From NCBI RefSeq assembly GCF_009914755.1, contig NC_060927.1: DNA of 64,000 nt; one strand, written 5' to 3'. Below the pieces are notes generated by a model that saw only the letters and a list, made by a program, of their open reading frames with translations, was not told the DNA's origin and searched no databases. How positions within the stretch are numbered: position 1 is the first letter of the stretch; each line of letters starts with the position of its first letter. Positions 18,312-46,100 of the stretch are shown here, in pieces. A program made the position numbers and the translations under genes. This stretch comes from the human T2T-CHM13v2.0 reference genome, Homo sapiens.

Positions 18312-19271
18312 TGAGCCACCACTCCTGGCCCACTTCTATTTGTATTTCACTGTTCTTCAGTTACTACAGAGAGCAAACATACCAACACAATTAAGAAGTA
18401 ACCACAAATATACTGTATATGCTGCAAATGCACAGATTTGTGGCTATAAATCCCTCTTATTCCCTGGTGTCTGTCTGAGTCTTAGTTCAGTCCTATATTT
18501 ACAGGGTAGAGAGAACACTTAGTAATCAGAAGAAGTGAAAAAGGATTGGAAAAAAAGGGAGAATTGGGGAATTTACAGAGAAGAAAGAATATTTGCCTAT
18601 AGGACTTTGTATTCATAACAAATGCTCTTGGAAGTTTCTTTTTATAATGATCTCTAAAACCAATTGCCCCACATAAGAAAAGCATCTCGAATATATATTA
18701 GTAATTTATGTGTCAAAAACTGCTAATTAATTATGTAAATTAAGCATGCAAATAAAGAGCAAGGGCTTTGAAAATAAAGTATTTTTTAAAACCTGGAAAA
18801 TTATAATATCAGTAAAAATAAAATTAAGTGACGAGCATCTCCCAACTTGGGATATTTTTGTCCTCTATCAATCGGCAGCATCATAGCCAGCTGACAGAAC
18901 GTAGAGAGGTGGTGGGGAATTCTGAAGGCTATGAAGAATGTGACACCCTGACACATGATTTGGACTTTATAGAAATAGATAAGATCATAACTCAGCTCAA
19001 GCTAATATAATATCATATTGTTTCTGTTTTACTGTATCTCACAGCTACAACAGCAGCCCAGGAAACAGGTGCATAATAATAAGAAAAAAAATGAAAGTTT
19101 ATGGAGTGGAGTTACCCTTCTAAATAGAACATCAAGACAGGTGAGAAGAACCCCTTCGCTGCTGGCCTTTGCAAGTAAACAGAGGGCAGTATATAGAGAG
19201 CAGGTGTGTATTTGATAAAGACAATGGAATGCTAAAAACAATAGTCAAACAACAAATTAAGAAGGTATTTA

Positions 19272-19505
<234 letters not shown>

Positions 19506-19612
19506 TTATTCCCGCCTGTAATCCCAGCACTTTGGGAGGCCGAGGTGGGTGGATCATGAGGTCAGGAGATTGAGACAATCCTGGCTAACATGGTGAAACC
19601 AGGTCTCTACTA

Positions 19613-19953
<341 letters not shown>

Positions 19954-20098
19954 CTATAACTTTGCTAAAGTTAATTATCAGTTCTAGTATCCGTTGTTGT
20001 TTCATGGATTCCTTAGCATTTTCTACATATAATATCATGTCATCTGTGAATATAGTTTTGCTTATTCTTTTCCAATCTGGATTTTTTTTTTTTTTTGA

Positions 20099-20242
<144 letters not shown>

Positions 20243-20261
20243 TGATTTTTTATTCTTGTAG

Positions 20262-20411
<150 letters not shown>

Positions 20412-20533
20412 TGATGTTTATGTCTGGCTTTGATATCTGGCCTCACAAAATAAGTTGTGAAGTGTTCTCTTTACCTTATTTTTGTGTAAGATTCGTATTA
20501 TTTATTCCTTAAATGTTTTTGTGGTTTTTGTAA

Positions 20534-20704
<171 letters not shown>

Positions 20705-20869
20705 TGAGAAGATTTTTAATGACTAATTCCTTTTTTTTCTTTTTTAACTTGATATAAGTCTATTAAGATTTTCTCCTTTGTCTTGGTTAGTTTTTGCAAC
20801 TTGTCTCTTTCTAGGAAATTGTCTATTACATTTAAATTGTCAAATTTTTGGCATGAAATTGCTCCCTTA

Positions 20870-21350
<481 letters not shown>

Positions 21351-21369
21351 TTATATAAGTTTAGTTTAA

Positions 21370-21670
<301 letters not shown>

Positions 21671-21789
21671 TAAAGTGCTGGAATTACAGGCTTGAGCCAC
21701 CATGCCCAGCCAAGACATTCATTTTTAGATGTGTGTGTGTTATTCTTCTTTGAAATACTTTTAAAAATAGAACCAAGGACCTAGATATT

Positions 21790-22330
21790 AATCAAAAACA
21801 CAAGGAAATACTACTTCATATCAACCAGGATGGCTATGAGCAAAAAGACAGGCAATAACAAACAGTCTTGGTAAGGATGTGAAGAAGTTAGAACCATCAT
21901 ACATTGCTACTGTGAATATAAAATAATGTGCAGCTTTGGAAAACAGTTCTTCAAAATGTTAAACATAGAATTACCATATGACCCAGAAATTATACTGCTA
22001 GGTATATACCCAAGATAACTGAAAACATATATTAAGAAAAAAACAACTATGTCAGGCACGGTAACTCACGCCTGTAATCCCAGCACTTTGGGAGGCCGAG
22101 GCGGGTAGACCACCTAGGTCGGGAGTTCGAGACCAGCCTGGCCAGCATGGTAAAATCCCATCTCTACTAAAAATACAAAACTTAGCCAGGTGGCGTGGTG
22201 CATGCCTGCAATCCCAGCTACTTGGGAGGCTGAGGCAGAAGAATCACTTGAACCCAGGAGGTGGAGGTTGCAGTGAGCTGAGATTGTGCTACCGTACTCG
22301 TCTGGGAGATAGAGAAAGACTCTGCCTCAA

Positions 22331-22362
<32 letters not shown>

Positions 22363-22858
22363 AACTTATACATGAAAAATGTTCACACTTGCATTACTCG
22401 TAATAGCCAAAAAGTAGAAACAACCCAAATGTCCATCAATGAATGGATAAACAAATGGTATGTCCACACAATGGAATATTATTTACCCATAAAAAGGAAT
22501 AAAGTACTGATACATGCTACCACTTGGATGGATCTTGAAAACATTATGCCAAAAAAGGAAGTCGGACACAAAAGTCCACAAGTTGTATGATTTCATTTAC
22601 ATTAGATGTTCAGACTAGGCAAAGCTGTAGAGACAGAAAGCAGATTAGTGGTTGCCAGGAGGTAGCTGGAGGGGTAATAGGGAGTGACTGCTAATGAATA
22701 CAGGGGGTTTCTTTTTGTGGTGATGAAATGTTCTGGAATTAGATGGTTGTGATGGTTGTACAACAGTATGACTAGACTATAAACTACTGACTTATATACT
22801 TTAAAATGGTTAAAATAGTGAATTTTATGTTATGTGAATTTTACCCAAATTTTAAAAG
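21790..22858 (+). mobile_element. Old L1 (L1M) 3' fragment interrupted by an Alu (~22051-22365)
   Basis: L1 3' motifs (AACATAGAATTACCATATGACCCAG; CAAATGTCCATCAATGAATGGATAAAC). Confidence 0.7.
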
Positions 22859-22865
22859 ATACATT

Positions 22866-29340
<6,475 letters not shown>

Positions 29341-29896
29341 AAAAGTCTTGCTTGCTTTTGTTATAGAGTTCAAAGGAGATTCAGAGCTAGAAAGTACAGG
29401 TGTACAGTGAGATGGCAGAAAGTTTACTAGCAGACATTCCTCCTCACTAAGGTGGGCCAGGCTGTTGGGTGGATCTCTGACCATTCACCTATGCCAAATA
29501 GTCTGTGTGTTTCAGGGAGGAATGTGGAATAGGTAGCAGCAAGTCACTGAACTGATTTCACATGAATATATGAAGCAAAGTAATTTAAAGCATTAAGACT
29601 CCCCAGAAGAATTTAAAAAAAAAAAAGATTCCCAGAGTCTAAAGACCAAGAAATTTAAGTTTTCTCAGAGCTCATTCCACTGAAAAGACTGGCTTCCTTT
29701 GCTTTATTCCTAGCTACAGTGATTGGCTGATTAGCTGACAGTATCACCTATTTGGTTATAACTTGTTCCTACTCCAAGTGATGTTGCTGAATTGGTACAC
29801 ACCACCATTTCTTTAATCTGAATTATCTAAGAAATATTCAGAAACTAACAATGCCCTGTTTTGTTGATTGCTGAGTCACTTTCTGAGCTTATTTGC

Positions 29897-30700
<804 letters not shown>

Positions 30701-31008
30701 ACTTGCCCTTATGATCAATATCAGCCCTGCAGGCACTTGTCTATTTGTAGGGTATTATTTGCTTTTATTGCTCAAGACAGAGCATTCATTTGGAATAAGT
30801 ATTAACTGTTTCAGAATAGATTTTTCCCTTTGGGCTGGGAAGCTCTAGAACTAAGCAGTGGAAACTGAGTTTGATCAATGGCTAATAGTCAATATAGGTA
30901 AAGAAACATACAATTCTGTCACTGGGATTTTGAAACACAGATTTCATAATAATATTAACAACAGTAGCTTCAATTGTGTGTAAGTGTTCTCTGACATGTT
31001 TTTATTAT

Positions 31009-31106
31009 GGAAAGTTTTAGGAAGGGTAGCAAGCTGAGACAGGATAGGCAGTGTGGAGGAAAGCTTTAGGAAGGGTAGCAAGCTGAGATGGGATAGGCAG
31101 TGTGGA
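31009..31106. repeat. 49-bp tandem duplication
   Basis: GGAAAG(T/C)TTTAGGAAGGGTAGCAAGCTGAGA...GCAGTGTGGA at 31009 and 31058. Confidence 0.9.
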
Positions 31107-31891
31107 ATGGGGTCTTTCATCTAAGGTTTGGCAATAATTAGGAAATACAAAGATAATTTTCCAGAGATAAAGGAGCATAAGGTAGGCATAAACGGAAAAA
31201 GGTTCTCATCTAAGATACAACTAGTAACAGGATGGAGGAATGATAGAGGGAGAAAAAACAGCAGAAAAGACGCACTAGACACCATGAGATGATACGAAGA
31301 TCAAATCACTGCCTAGAGCCCCAATTTTTCTATTTCATTAGTTTTATTTATTTGTTTATTTACTTTTTATTTTTATTTTTGAGATAGGGTCTGTCTCTGT
31401 TGCCCAGGCTGGAATGCAATGGTGCAATCTCGGCTCACCGCATCCTCCGCCTCCCGAGTTCAAGCAATTCTCATGCCTCAGCCTCCCAAGCAGCTGAGAT
31501 TACAGGCATGCGCCACCACGCCCGGCTAATTTTGTATTTTTAGTAAAGACAGGGTTTCACCAGGCTGGTCTCAAACTCCTGACCTCAGGTGATCCTCCCA
31601 CCTCAGCCTCCCAAAGTGTGGGATTACAGGTATGAGTCACCGCACCTGGCCATATTTCAATAGTTTCAGCCTAATACACATGCAACTTCCATATTTTCCT
31701 AACACTTCTTTTTCTAAACCCAATGTAAAGCTTCTACAACTGAGCTGTGAGTCATAATCCAGTAAAAAGGCAGCAGATTTCCAGTGACTGTGAAAATACA
31801 CTTACTATTCCTTCTTTTCATTATTTCAGAAGACATGTAACACTGATATCATCAATGTCATATCGGTTTCTACCCTCCCCCTGCCAGGTTA

Positions 31892-32026
<135 letters not shown>

Positions 32027-32967
32027 TTAACTGGTCATAGAAAGTGAAAACAAAAATTTTCTCATTGGGGTGGGAAAAAGTTTGTCACCAGTATTTCAGA
32101 GACGTTGACGTGGATACACTCAGCAAAATACCAATTCTACAGCTGCACTTCACCAAGATGAGCCAATGGCATCTGGCAAAACCAGCGAAGCTTCACAAAA
32201 CACAGGCTCTAGTAGAAATACTGAAACGCCTCTCTGTGCAACAATGGCCACAGTGAATTGCCTGAAGTCGGAAGTCATTCCCCCTCACAGTGCAGCCTAC
32301 ATACTAACTGCTCATTTTAAATCCTGATTGCATGCAAAAGATTGGAATAATTTGGCTGAGAAAGATAGTTACACAGACTCTCCCACTATCCTCCGCATCA
32401 TCGATATGACAGGTATAAGGCAATGTGAAGGTATGACTGGTGCAGGTAGAGAAAAGAGCCTTTTGTAAACGGATGGCTCTCACCAAGTCCTGGATTAACA
32501 AAACACGGATTTCTTAACTCTAATTTTTTTTAAGACGGGGTCTCACTCTGTTGCCCAGGCTGGGGTGCAGTGGTATGATCTTGCCTCACTGCAGCTTCAA
32601 CCTCGTTAGCTCAAGCGATCCTCTTGCCCCAGCCTCCCAAGTAGTTGGGACTACAGGCACATGCCACCACACCTAGTTATTTTTTTTTTTAAGAGACAGG
32701 CCTCGCTATGTTGCCCAGGCTGGTCTTGAATTCCTGGCCTCAAGTGATCCTCCCAACTCAAACTCCCAAAGACTTGGGATGACAGGCATGAACCACATCA
32801 CTGAGTGAATTTCTTAACTCTAAAAGTTCTATAGATTTCAGTGACCACTTCACCAGAGTTACTTGCATGAAAATTGTGGAGTAGCATAATGGTTTTTATT
32901 TACTTTTTTATTGTTTTTATTTTTTTAGGGGTCTTGCTAGGTTGTCCAGGCTGGAGCGCAGTGGCTA

Positions 32968-33798
<831 letters not shown>

Positions 33799-34314
33799 TG
33801 AGTAGGTGGGATTACAGGCACCCACCACCACGCCTGGCTAATTTTTTGTATTTTTAGTAGAGACAGGGTTTCCCTATGTTGGCCAGGCTGGTCTCGAACA
33901 CCTGACCTCGTGATCCACCTGCCTCGTCCTCCAAAAGTGCTGAAATTACAGGCGTGAGCCATGGCGCCTAGCCAATTTTTGTATTTTTAGTAGAGACAGG
34001 GTTTTGTCATGTTGGCCAGGCTGGTCTTGAACTCCTGACCTCAGGTGATCCACCCACCTCGACCTCCCAAAGTGCTGGAATTACAGGTGTGAACCACTGC
34101 ACCTGGCCCTTCCCCTTCTTTTCTCAGTACTCATTTCCCTTTCCTCTTTCAGGGTCTTAACACCTCAAGCTTGTTCACAGTTTCCAGCTATTAAAACCCC
34201 CTCAGGGATTCTCCTTCCCCCAAAGGAACTTATTTATTATTGTCTCATTTAGCAGAGAGTTTCTAGCAACTAGCTATTACAGCAAAGTTCTGAATATTCT
34301 GTATTTCATGTTTA

Positions 34315-35905
34315 AGTCACAGAATACTTGGGGTGTCACTTCGCTAGCCAGAAACCTCTGTGGCCAGTGGCACCTTTGCCTGAGTTTTGCTCAGGCCCGC
34401 CGGGCTCGTTCCGTCCACTCAGCCTGGTAGGCTATGCTCAGCTTGTGTTACCAGCACAGATTCCATGCATGCCAAGGACAAGCCAGGCACGGAGCGGCAA
34501 GAGGTGCACAGGCGAGCCAGCACAGGGTCCGGCCACTGCGCACAGCCAGGCACGCCAGCTGCCAGGGGGTGAGCAGCTCGAGGCGCCAGCTCCCTGAGAG
34601 GCTGCAGCTGAACCAGGCGTACTACAAGCAGCTTCCACTGCAGGCACTGGGGAACATGGTGCTGCCCAGAAGCTTGGAGAGGCCAGGAACCACAGAGCTC
34701 CAAAGAGGGTGTCACAGCCCTGGCTCAAGGAGCTCCTAGGTCTGGGCTTCCCAAAGGGCTACAGCTCTTCTCTTTCTCTCTCCTCTCTTCTCTCTTTCTG
34801 TTGCCCACAGCGTGGCAAGCAGTGGGGGAGGGGAGGACGTGTTTCGGCTCTGTTTGTGTTTCAGCTCTTTCAGTCCCACCATTTGGCAGATCCCGAGTTC
34901 TTGTCCCACGTCCAGGAAGAATGAGGTATATGGACAACTGGAGGACGAGCAAGGTGAAGAGGTGCTTTATTGAGCAACACAACAGCCCTCAGGAGACCCC
35001 AAGCGGGTAGCTCCTTTCCGCAGCAGGTCGTCCCAGCATCTGTGCAGCCCTCAGCGGAGAGGAGACCCAGAGTGGATAGCTCCTATCTGCAGGCAGGTCA
35101 TCCTGACGTCTCTGCAGCCCTCAGTGGAGAGGAGACCTGGAGTGGGAAGCTCCTATCCGCAGGCAGGTCATCCCATCAAGTATGGCTGAGTCCAGGGTTT
35201 CTACGGGCTTCAGCGGGCAGGAAGTGCATGCTGATTGGTCCATGGGCAGCCACAGGCAGCCCGGAAAAAGCATCGTAAGTTCTCATTCCAGTCCACAGAA
35301 CTGGCAGCCTGGGCCCCAGGCTTCAGGCCATCCCTGGCTTGAAGGTGGGGCTTCACCAGGGACCCGCCCATTTCCGCCTAGGAGCCTGTCTGCCTCCTGC
35401 TGTCATCAACCTGCTGTCCACAGCGCCCAGGCTATTCACGAAGGGGCGCCTGCAGGCCTGAATGGAGCTGCTCTCAGCTCCGCCTTGGCGTCCCCTCCTG
35501 TGCTGCTGGACACCCAAAATCCAGAGGGGGCCAAGGCAGAAGGGGGCTGGCATGTCAGCACTGCCCCTAGCACACGCAAACCCAGCCAGGTCATGACAGT
35601 GCCCAGGCTTGGCCTCAACTTTGCTCCAAAATCAGAGCAGGCACCAGGAGCAAGGAGAGGCCAGGCAGTGGGAGCAGGCACTTCAAGCCTGCAGGGGCAG
35701 GGGAGGTTCCTGGGCCCCCAAAAGCACAGGGAAGCCCGGGTATGTAGCCACGGCTGCTCCCGCCCTGCCAACTTGGAAACGGGCAGGGCTTCCACCTACT
35801 CCCAGCTCCCAGTGGCTCCATGGAGCGTGCAGCACAGACCATGCCTCCCCGACTGCAGCCGGCATCATGGCAGCAGCCCATCCAGACAGGCCACCGCTGC
35901 CATCA
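34315..35905 (-). mobile_element. Solo ERV1 LTR, MER52-like (~1.59 kb)
   Basis: Minus strand begins TGATGGCAGCGGTGGCC... as in the recalled MER52 consensus; 4-bp TSD TTTA at 34311-34314 and 35906-35909; internal AATAAA at 34971-34966. Confidence 0.8.
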
Positions 35906-36734
35906 TTTAGATGTTGGCTTTTCAGCCCCCTGCAGGGATAGTTGCGTTTTTCTTAAGTAACACAATTTGTACAAATAAATTACTTTCTTGATACTGATGA
36001 AATTTTAGGAATCAGCCAGAAATTGGGGGTAGGGGAAACTCTATGATAAACTGTCATCTCTGCACAAGATACGGTTCAGAGAAAAATCTTCAGAACAGGT
36101 GGAAAACCAATGCCAGACAGAATGAGGACAGTCTGCTCTGCCCTACTGCCTCTCATAAGCCTGACTGAGATGTTCGTCTAAACAACTGCAACTGTGCCTT
36201 ACTTTCTTTCCTCCGGCTCAACTCCGAGTGGCAATATGACAAGATCTACAAGAAACTGGCCTAATTCTTAGAAGCTGAAGGTGACACCCCATGAGTCATG
36301 GCCAACATGAAAAAATGTCAGAGTCGAAAGTGAAAGATGAGCACCACCTAGAAACTTCCTTTCATCACAAATGCAAATTAAAATGGAAGAAGGGTTCTAT
36401 ACATTTCACTCCGAGTTCTTTCAGTGATGATGATCAGAGCTTGTCTTCACTATTGTTCTTAATGATTCCTTCATAATATTCAGAGGTCAATACTCTCATC
36501 TCAGTGGTCTGAGTGAACTACTCAAAATGCCTAATCCATCCAATTAATGATTGTTTTCTAATTTGCACAGTACTCTTCTGTAAGTATCTGCTCAATTCTT
36601 CTAAGTGTAGAGAGACAAAATCCACTATGAGAAATATAATCAGCAATTTGGCATCTGGCAAGTCAATAATATCAGGCAGTCAAAAATATGAGTACTTACT
36701 GCTTACAAAGTACTGTATCATAATTTTTAAGTAC

Positions 36735-37810
<1,076 letters not shown>

Positions 37811-38223
37811 AGGCCAGGCACAATGGCTCACGCCTGCAATCCCAGCACTTTGGGAGGCTGAGGTGGGCAGCTCACCTCAGGTCAGGAGTTTGAGACCAGC
37901 CTGTGCAACATGGTGAAACTCCATCTCTACAAAAATACAAAAATTAGCCAGACTTGGTGGTGCATTCCTGTAATCCCAGCTACTCAGGAGACTGAGGCGG
38001 GAGGATCACTTGAATCTGGGAGGCAAAGGTTGCAGTCAGCCGAGATCGCACCACTGCACTCCAGCCTGGGCAACAGAGTGAGACTCCGTCTCAAAAAATG
38101 AAAAAAAAAAAAAAATTAAGTACAAACTATTTTCTCAAGGAAGCTTCAATTAAGGCATGGAAAACACACACAGAGCTCCACCTCAAAAATGCTTATGATA
38201 TAAAAATGCTCTACAGGATTCTA

Positions 38224-38752
<529 letters not shown>

Positions 38753-40308
38753 TTACACTATTATGTGTTTATACTATTCCTTATCTGCTTACATACAGTT
38801 CTTCTATTTTCTAAAGATGACTTTTGGGTTTTACATTATATTCTACACTGTTCTTTAAACTGAAGTCTTTAGATCCTTCGGATTTAAAATAAAACACACC
38901 CACTGCTTTTTGGGTTTTAGTGTAAGACACTTCTTTATCTCATCCACTTCTCAGGAGATGGAAAACATCTGGGTCACAGATATTCCATAATGATAACCCT
39001 AAAAGAATTTAGAAATTATGCAAAGATTACTCCTCATGACTTTCCTCTAGAACTACTGCTGTTTAAACTTTTACTCTGGGCTGGGCGCGGTGGCTCATGC
39101 CTGTAATCCCAGCACTTTGGGAGACCAAGGTGGGTGGATCACATGAGGTCAGGAGTTCGCAACCAGCCTGGCCAACATGGTGAAACCCCATCTCTACTAA
39201 AAATACAAAAATTAGCTGAGCGTGGTGGCATGCACCTGTAATCCCAGCTACTTGGGAGGCTAAGGCAGGAGGATCACTTGATCCCTGGAGGTGGAGGTTG
39301 CAGTGAGCCTAAATCGCACGCCACTGCGCTCCAGCCTGGGCGACAGAGCGAGACTTTGTCTCAAAATAATAATAACAATAATAAACTTTTACTCTGTAGG
39401 TCTCACAAGTTTTTTTCATTTTTTCCCGGCCTTCTTATGCCATCCCAATGTTCTCTCACATCTACTAACTTATAACCGCAGCACCAAAGCATACAGAATA
39501 ATAACTGATGTTTAAAATCATGGAAAAAGGTACCCCCAGTCTCCCTCATGTTCCAATAGATGCTTGCCCGGACACATCACCTTTGCTACTGAGAAAGTGT
39601 AGAGAAAAGGTGTGTGGGAGGATGAGGGCGTACTGAAGACAGTAAATACATCCTAACATCGTGTTGGCTTCTTAATTTGTTACACTGAAACTTAGGTGTA
39701 CCTAAAGCCACACCACCATTACAACATCGATAACTGCCCAGTAACCATTTGGAATACCTCCAACAATGAGGAACAATATTTCTTGGACTCTCAGTTTATG
39801 ATAAGTGCGCCTCTGTCATCAACCAATACCATTCAAGTAAGGTACAGTGATGGCTCTGGAAAAGGAGGTGGCTTTAAATATCTACATTCAAAGGGGAAAA
39901 AAAATACACGCACACACACAGGCTGCCTTAATATCCCTGTTTGTCCAGCGGGCAATGGGACTGGGAAATGATCGCGCCTCCTCAGAGCCAATACAGTAGG
40001 AGGCGAACATGGGGCAGTGCATTACTCAATGCCCTGCAGACTGACCCTTAGGAATGAGACAGGAAGAAAAGTATTTGGAGATAGAATAGAGAACCTCCCT
40101 CAAGAGCCCTACTAGGATGGGCCAACACTTCCTGTTTGTTTAGTGGTTCATCCTCCAGAACACTTTCTTTGTCAAAAAGGCTATAACAGCCCAGTACAGT
40201 GGCTCATGCCTATAATCCCAGCACTTTGGGAGACCAAGGCGGATGGATTGCTTGAGCCCAGGAGTTCAAGACCAGCCTGGCCAACATGGCGAAACCCCAT
40301 CTCTACTA

Positions 40309-40851
<543 letters not shown>

Positions 40852-41275
40852 TCACTCCCTAGATAAGTCACCTTATCTTAATCACTGAAATTTGAGCACA
40901 GACTCTAAATATGGACATAAAAACCCATCCCCCAACACCCTGCCTGCTAAGTACATTAGTGTCTCCAAAGTGCCCTCGAAATACAGAATGCAGTATCTGT
41001 GCCTGTGATTTTTACTCCGACTCACAAAGACCTGGTTTGGTTTCTGCTGACTCACCTACCAGTACACACTGCTTGCCTTGTTCCTCCACGTTCCAACACA
41101 TGCCTGCTGAGGCACATCAGCTTTGCTAGACAAGTGGAAGATGTGTTTGTGGAGGGAGGGGTGGCACTGAGGAGACACTAAGGATACAGCTAGTCATATT
41201 TTTCCAATGTGAATGTCCTGAAGGAGACAGAATCTAGGTGCTGGCATGTCTATGCTTGAGTCTGAAAGATGATAG

Positions 41276-42404
<1,129 letters not shown>

Positions 42405-42907
42405 TAGTAGCAAGTTGCAATTACATATGCTATTCCACATTTCAAAAATCTAACTCAAACTTGACCAATTACTACAAGGAACTATTTGCAAAAAGATGAG
42501 GCATAATTTTTCCTTTGCACTCTATTCCTGCCTTCCCCATCTCTAGGCCTACATTATCTTCCCCACTAAAACCCAATGCCCAGTATTTTTCTATCAGCAT
42601 ATCAATGCCCAGTTCCAAAGCCGAGTGCGCAAGCAGACTTTACATTTGGGATGTTTCTCTGCTTCTACCGTGGTGGTGCTTAATGAGCTGGTGCTCTAAG
42701 AGGCAAGCTCTGGAAACTCAAGGGTTAAAGTGCATCTAATATTCCTGGCATTCATTAATCCTATCATCTTGCTGTACACTCAGGTCTTTCTGGAGATAAC
42801 AGTGTAAGGACATTGCCCCCTATGTAAAGGCCTTTGAAGCTTGAAGGAGTATATGGCTAAGCGAAAGTAGGGAAAAGAGCTGGACTCAAGAACCAGAAAA
42901 TCTAGAT

Positions 42908-43131
42908 CAGGGGTCAGCAAACTACAGCTAGCTGGCCAAAGATGGCCCACTACCTGTTTTTGTAATTAAAATTCGATCAGAACACAGCCATGTTCACTCA
43001 CTGATGTGTTTATTGTCCATGGCTGCTTTTGTGCTACAACAGCAGAGCTGAGTAGTCACAGATACTGTGTGACCTGCAAACCCTAAACTATTTACAATCT
43101 GGCCCGTTACTGAAAAAGTTTGCTACCTCTC
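42908..43131. mobile_element. MER58A-like hAT-Charlie fossil
   Basis: Starts CAGGGGTCAGCAAACTAC and ends AAAGTTTGCTACCTCT. Confidence 0.7.
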
Positions 43132-46100
43132 ATCCTAGATGAAATCAGGACCAGCTTTATTAATAATTTGGTGGCAAATTCTACCTAAATTTACCCAATC
43201 TAAAGTGAAAAACAGTGTTAGAAATAGAATTATTTCGAGTACAGTGGTGCAATCATGGCTCACTGCAGCCTCGAACTGCTGGGCTTAAGTGATCCTCCTG
43301 CCTCACCCTCCCAAGTAGCTAGGACTACAGGCACATGCCACTACACCCAGCTAATTTTTTGTAGAGATGGGGGTCTCACTTTGCTGCCCAGGTTGGTCTC
43401 AAACTCCTGGCCTCAAGCAATCCTCCCACCTCAGCCTCCCAAAGTGCTGGGATTATAGGTATGAACTATCACACCAGGCTGAGAACTTATAAATGTAAAA
43501 GTGAATTTCAAAACATGAGCTTCTCTGACAGATTAGTTCTAAACTAAAGTTCAACGTTACTTGTCATGAGCCCTATAAACTGTCACATTTAAGACCTTAG
43601 CTTTGAACTGGATCTCTTCCCTCTAATTTCGTCAGAGAAACCCTTATTCAACAAACACTGAGCGGCACTTACTCTGTGCCAGACCCTGGGTTAGCCACTG
43701 GCACACATAATAAAGCTTATACTTCTTCGGCCTGGACATGTAGTAGAATATTTCAGGAAAGAAAAAACCATGAGGGACACATGTAATAGTTCTTACAGTT
43801 GAACAATTTTACTCTGCCACTATTCTACCAGAATATTTGGTGAGTAAACTCTTGTGTTTAGAATGTGATCTTCCTAGAGTGGGTTATGGAACTCATATCT
43901 CTGAGGCAGGGTCTATGATAGAATTCAGGAAGTCTGTGAATTTGGATGAAAAAGACTGTATCTTTATTTTCACTTCAGTGATGAACATAAGCTACAGCAG
44001 TAATAGCAGACTTATTAGACAAATGGATTTGTTACCAGTAGAAATCATGGATATTTTCATACCATATCATACTTCTTAAATTTTGATAACTATATATCAA
44101 TATAATTCAATATAACTGGTTTTCTTTATAGTTCTATGTATTTTATTTTTGCATATAAAAACATATTCCAAAAAGGAACTCTAAAAGCTTTCACCACACT
44201 GCCAAAGGAGTCCATAACACAAAAAAGATTAAGATTCCTGTTCTACGGTCAAAAAATAAAGAAACATAATCACATTTAGGGTAATTTTCTGTATATAAAA
44301 AAACTACCTGTTTTTTATTAAGGGTCATATGCTCATTTTCTATAGAGCAGGGACCATATGTCATTATTTTTGGCAGCCTTCACTTCAAAACTGGTTTGCA
44401 AGTAGTTGTGAATGTGATATAACAGCCTAGCAGATTCATGGGTTCCCCTGGCTCACTGGCAGTCATCCTAGTCCAAACATAGAAAGCCTCAAACTAATAT
44501 AACTTTCAACTTGTGGTACAAGAGAATTCCCAAAAGAAAGCAAGGGGCAAGGCACAGTGGCTCACGCCTGTAATCCCAACACTTTGGGAGGCCGAGGCGG
44601 ATGGATCACTTGAGGTCTGGAGTTTAAGACCAGCCTGGCCCACATGATGAAACCCCGTCTCTACTAAAATACAAAAATTAGCTGGGCGTGGTGGCGGGCA
44701 CCTGTAATCCCAGCTGAGGCAGGAGATCGCTTGAACCCAGGAGGCAGAGTTTGCAGTGAGCTAAGATTGCACCACTGCATTCTAGCCTGGGCAACAAGGC
44801 AAGACTTGGTCTCAAAAAATAAATAAATAAATAAATAGAAAGAAAGGAGGGAAAAGACACACACAGAAAGCCTGCTATTAATATATATCTATTAACCTGG
44901 TTTACGAATGGTAAAATACAGGTAATTCAATTATTTACATTAATGAATAAGGTAGGTAACAAACCTAAAAGAATGCCAAATATGAGACTCATTTCTTTTT
45001 ATCTTCTGAGGTGGCGCTTCGGCACATGCTGCAAACGTAAAAAGGTACATTCCTTGAATTTACTGGCTAAATTGTAGAAAGGAATTAGGATTTAAATTCT
45101 GCCACAAATAATCCACAAAGCAATTAACAAAACAAATCACAGATGAAACATGTGTTTAAGTACTCATTTGACAGGAATACTGTGAAAAGAGAGGTTTAGG
45201 ACTAAAAACAGAAAGGTTTACGCTTAGGAAAGAGGTTCAAGGACTTAGGGAAAAGGAGATGCCAGAAGCTGCCAAGCAGATAAGCAGGAGGGTTGACAAG
45301 GCCTAAAGTGCTGATCCCCTCACTCTCCCAAGTCACCCCTTTTTCTAATATGCTTGATGTGTGATAATGTCAAAGATGTACAAGCAGCCAGCCACAATCT
45401 TGAGCAAAAAAGGGACTCTCACAGTCCTGTGATAATTGGCAAGTGCCCTGACTTTAGGGTTTCTCCAACTGGAAACAAATCCAAGAAAAAAATGACTTTT
45501 ACAAAAATGTATTCTTTCCAATCTATTTCAAGGTAACACAAACTTTGATGTAAGGGAGACCTATTTCTGCTTGATTCAGAAAGGGAAATTTCTATTAGTA
45601 GAAAAATCAGAAGGTCTGCTTCAGATCAGTTATGTAAATACTTAGAAAAGCATGATGCTTAAGTAAGAACTCTACTATTATTAGCAGATATTTTGCTATT
45701 ATCCATCATTAATAACAATGGAAAATTATGCTTTTTATTTGAGCATTTCAAAAACTAATTCTCATCAGCACTTATAACATCTCTAGGAGAGGTTATTCAG
45801 CTCCCTAGGGAAATACTGTCTAACTTAAAGGCCAGACAGCTCTGAATTATAAATGGAGTCAGATGGTTTACAAACTCTATGAAATTACATACAAAATTTG
45901 GTAAGTTCACATATATTTCAGATTATTAAAGGGCTGTTTAATCATAAGAAGAGTTACCTCTGGCCATGGTTAGAAAATCTACAACAAGAGAAAGCAATAA
46001 TGCTTTCCATACATAGTCACAGGGCGAGTAAATGTTAACATCGGAGAAAGTCACCAGGGACTGCTAAGTCCAGGCTCTATCTGACGAGGTCATTCTTCTT

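Noticed and set aside
34328-35941. ORF cluster including a 242-aa ORF
   Set aside because: Lies within the GC-rich solo LTR; no gag/pol/env similarity seen.
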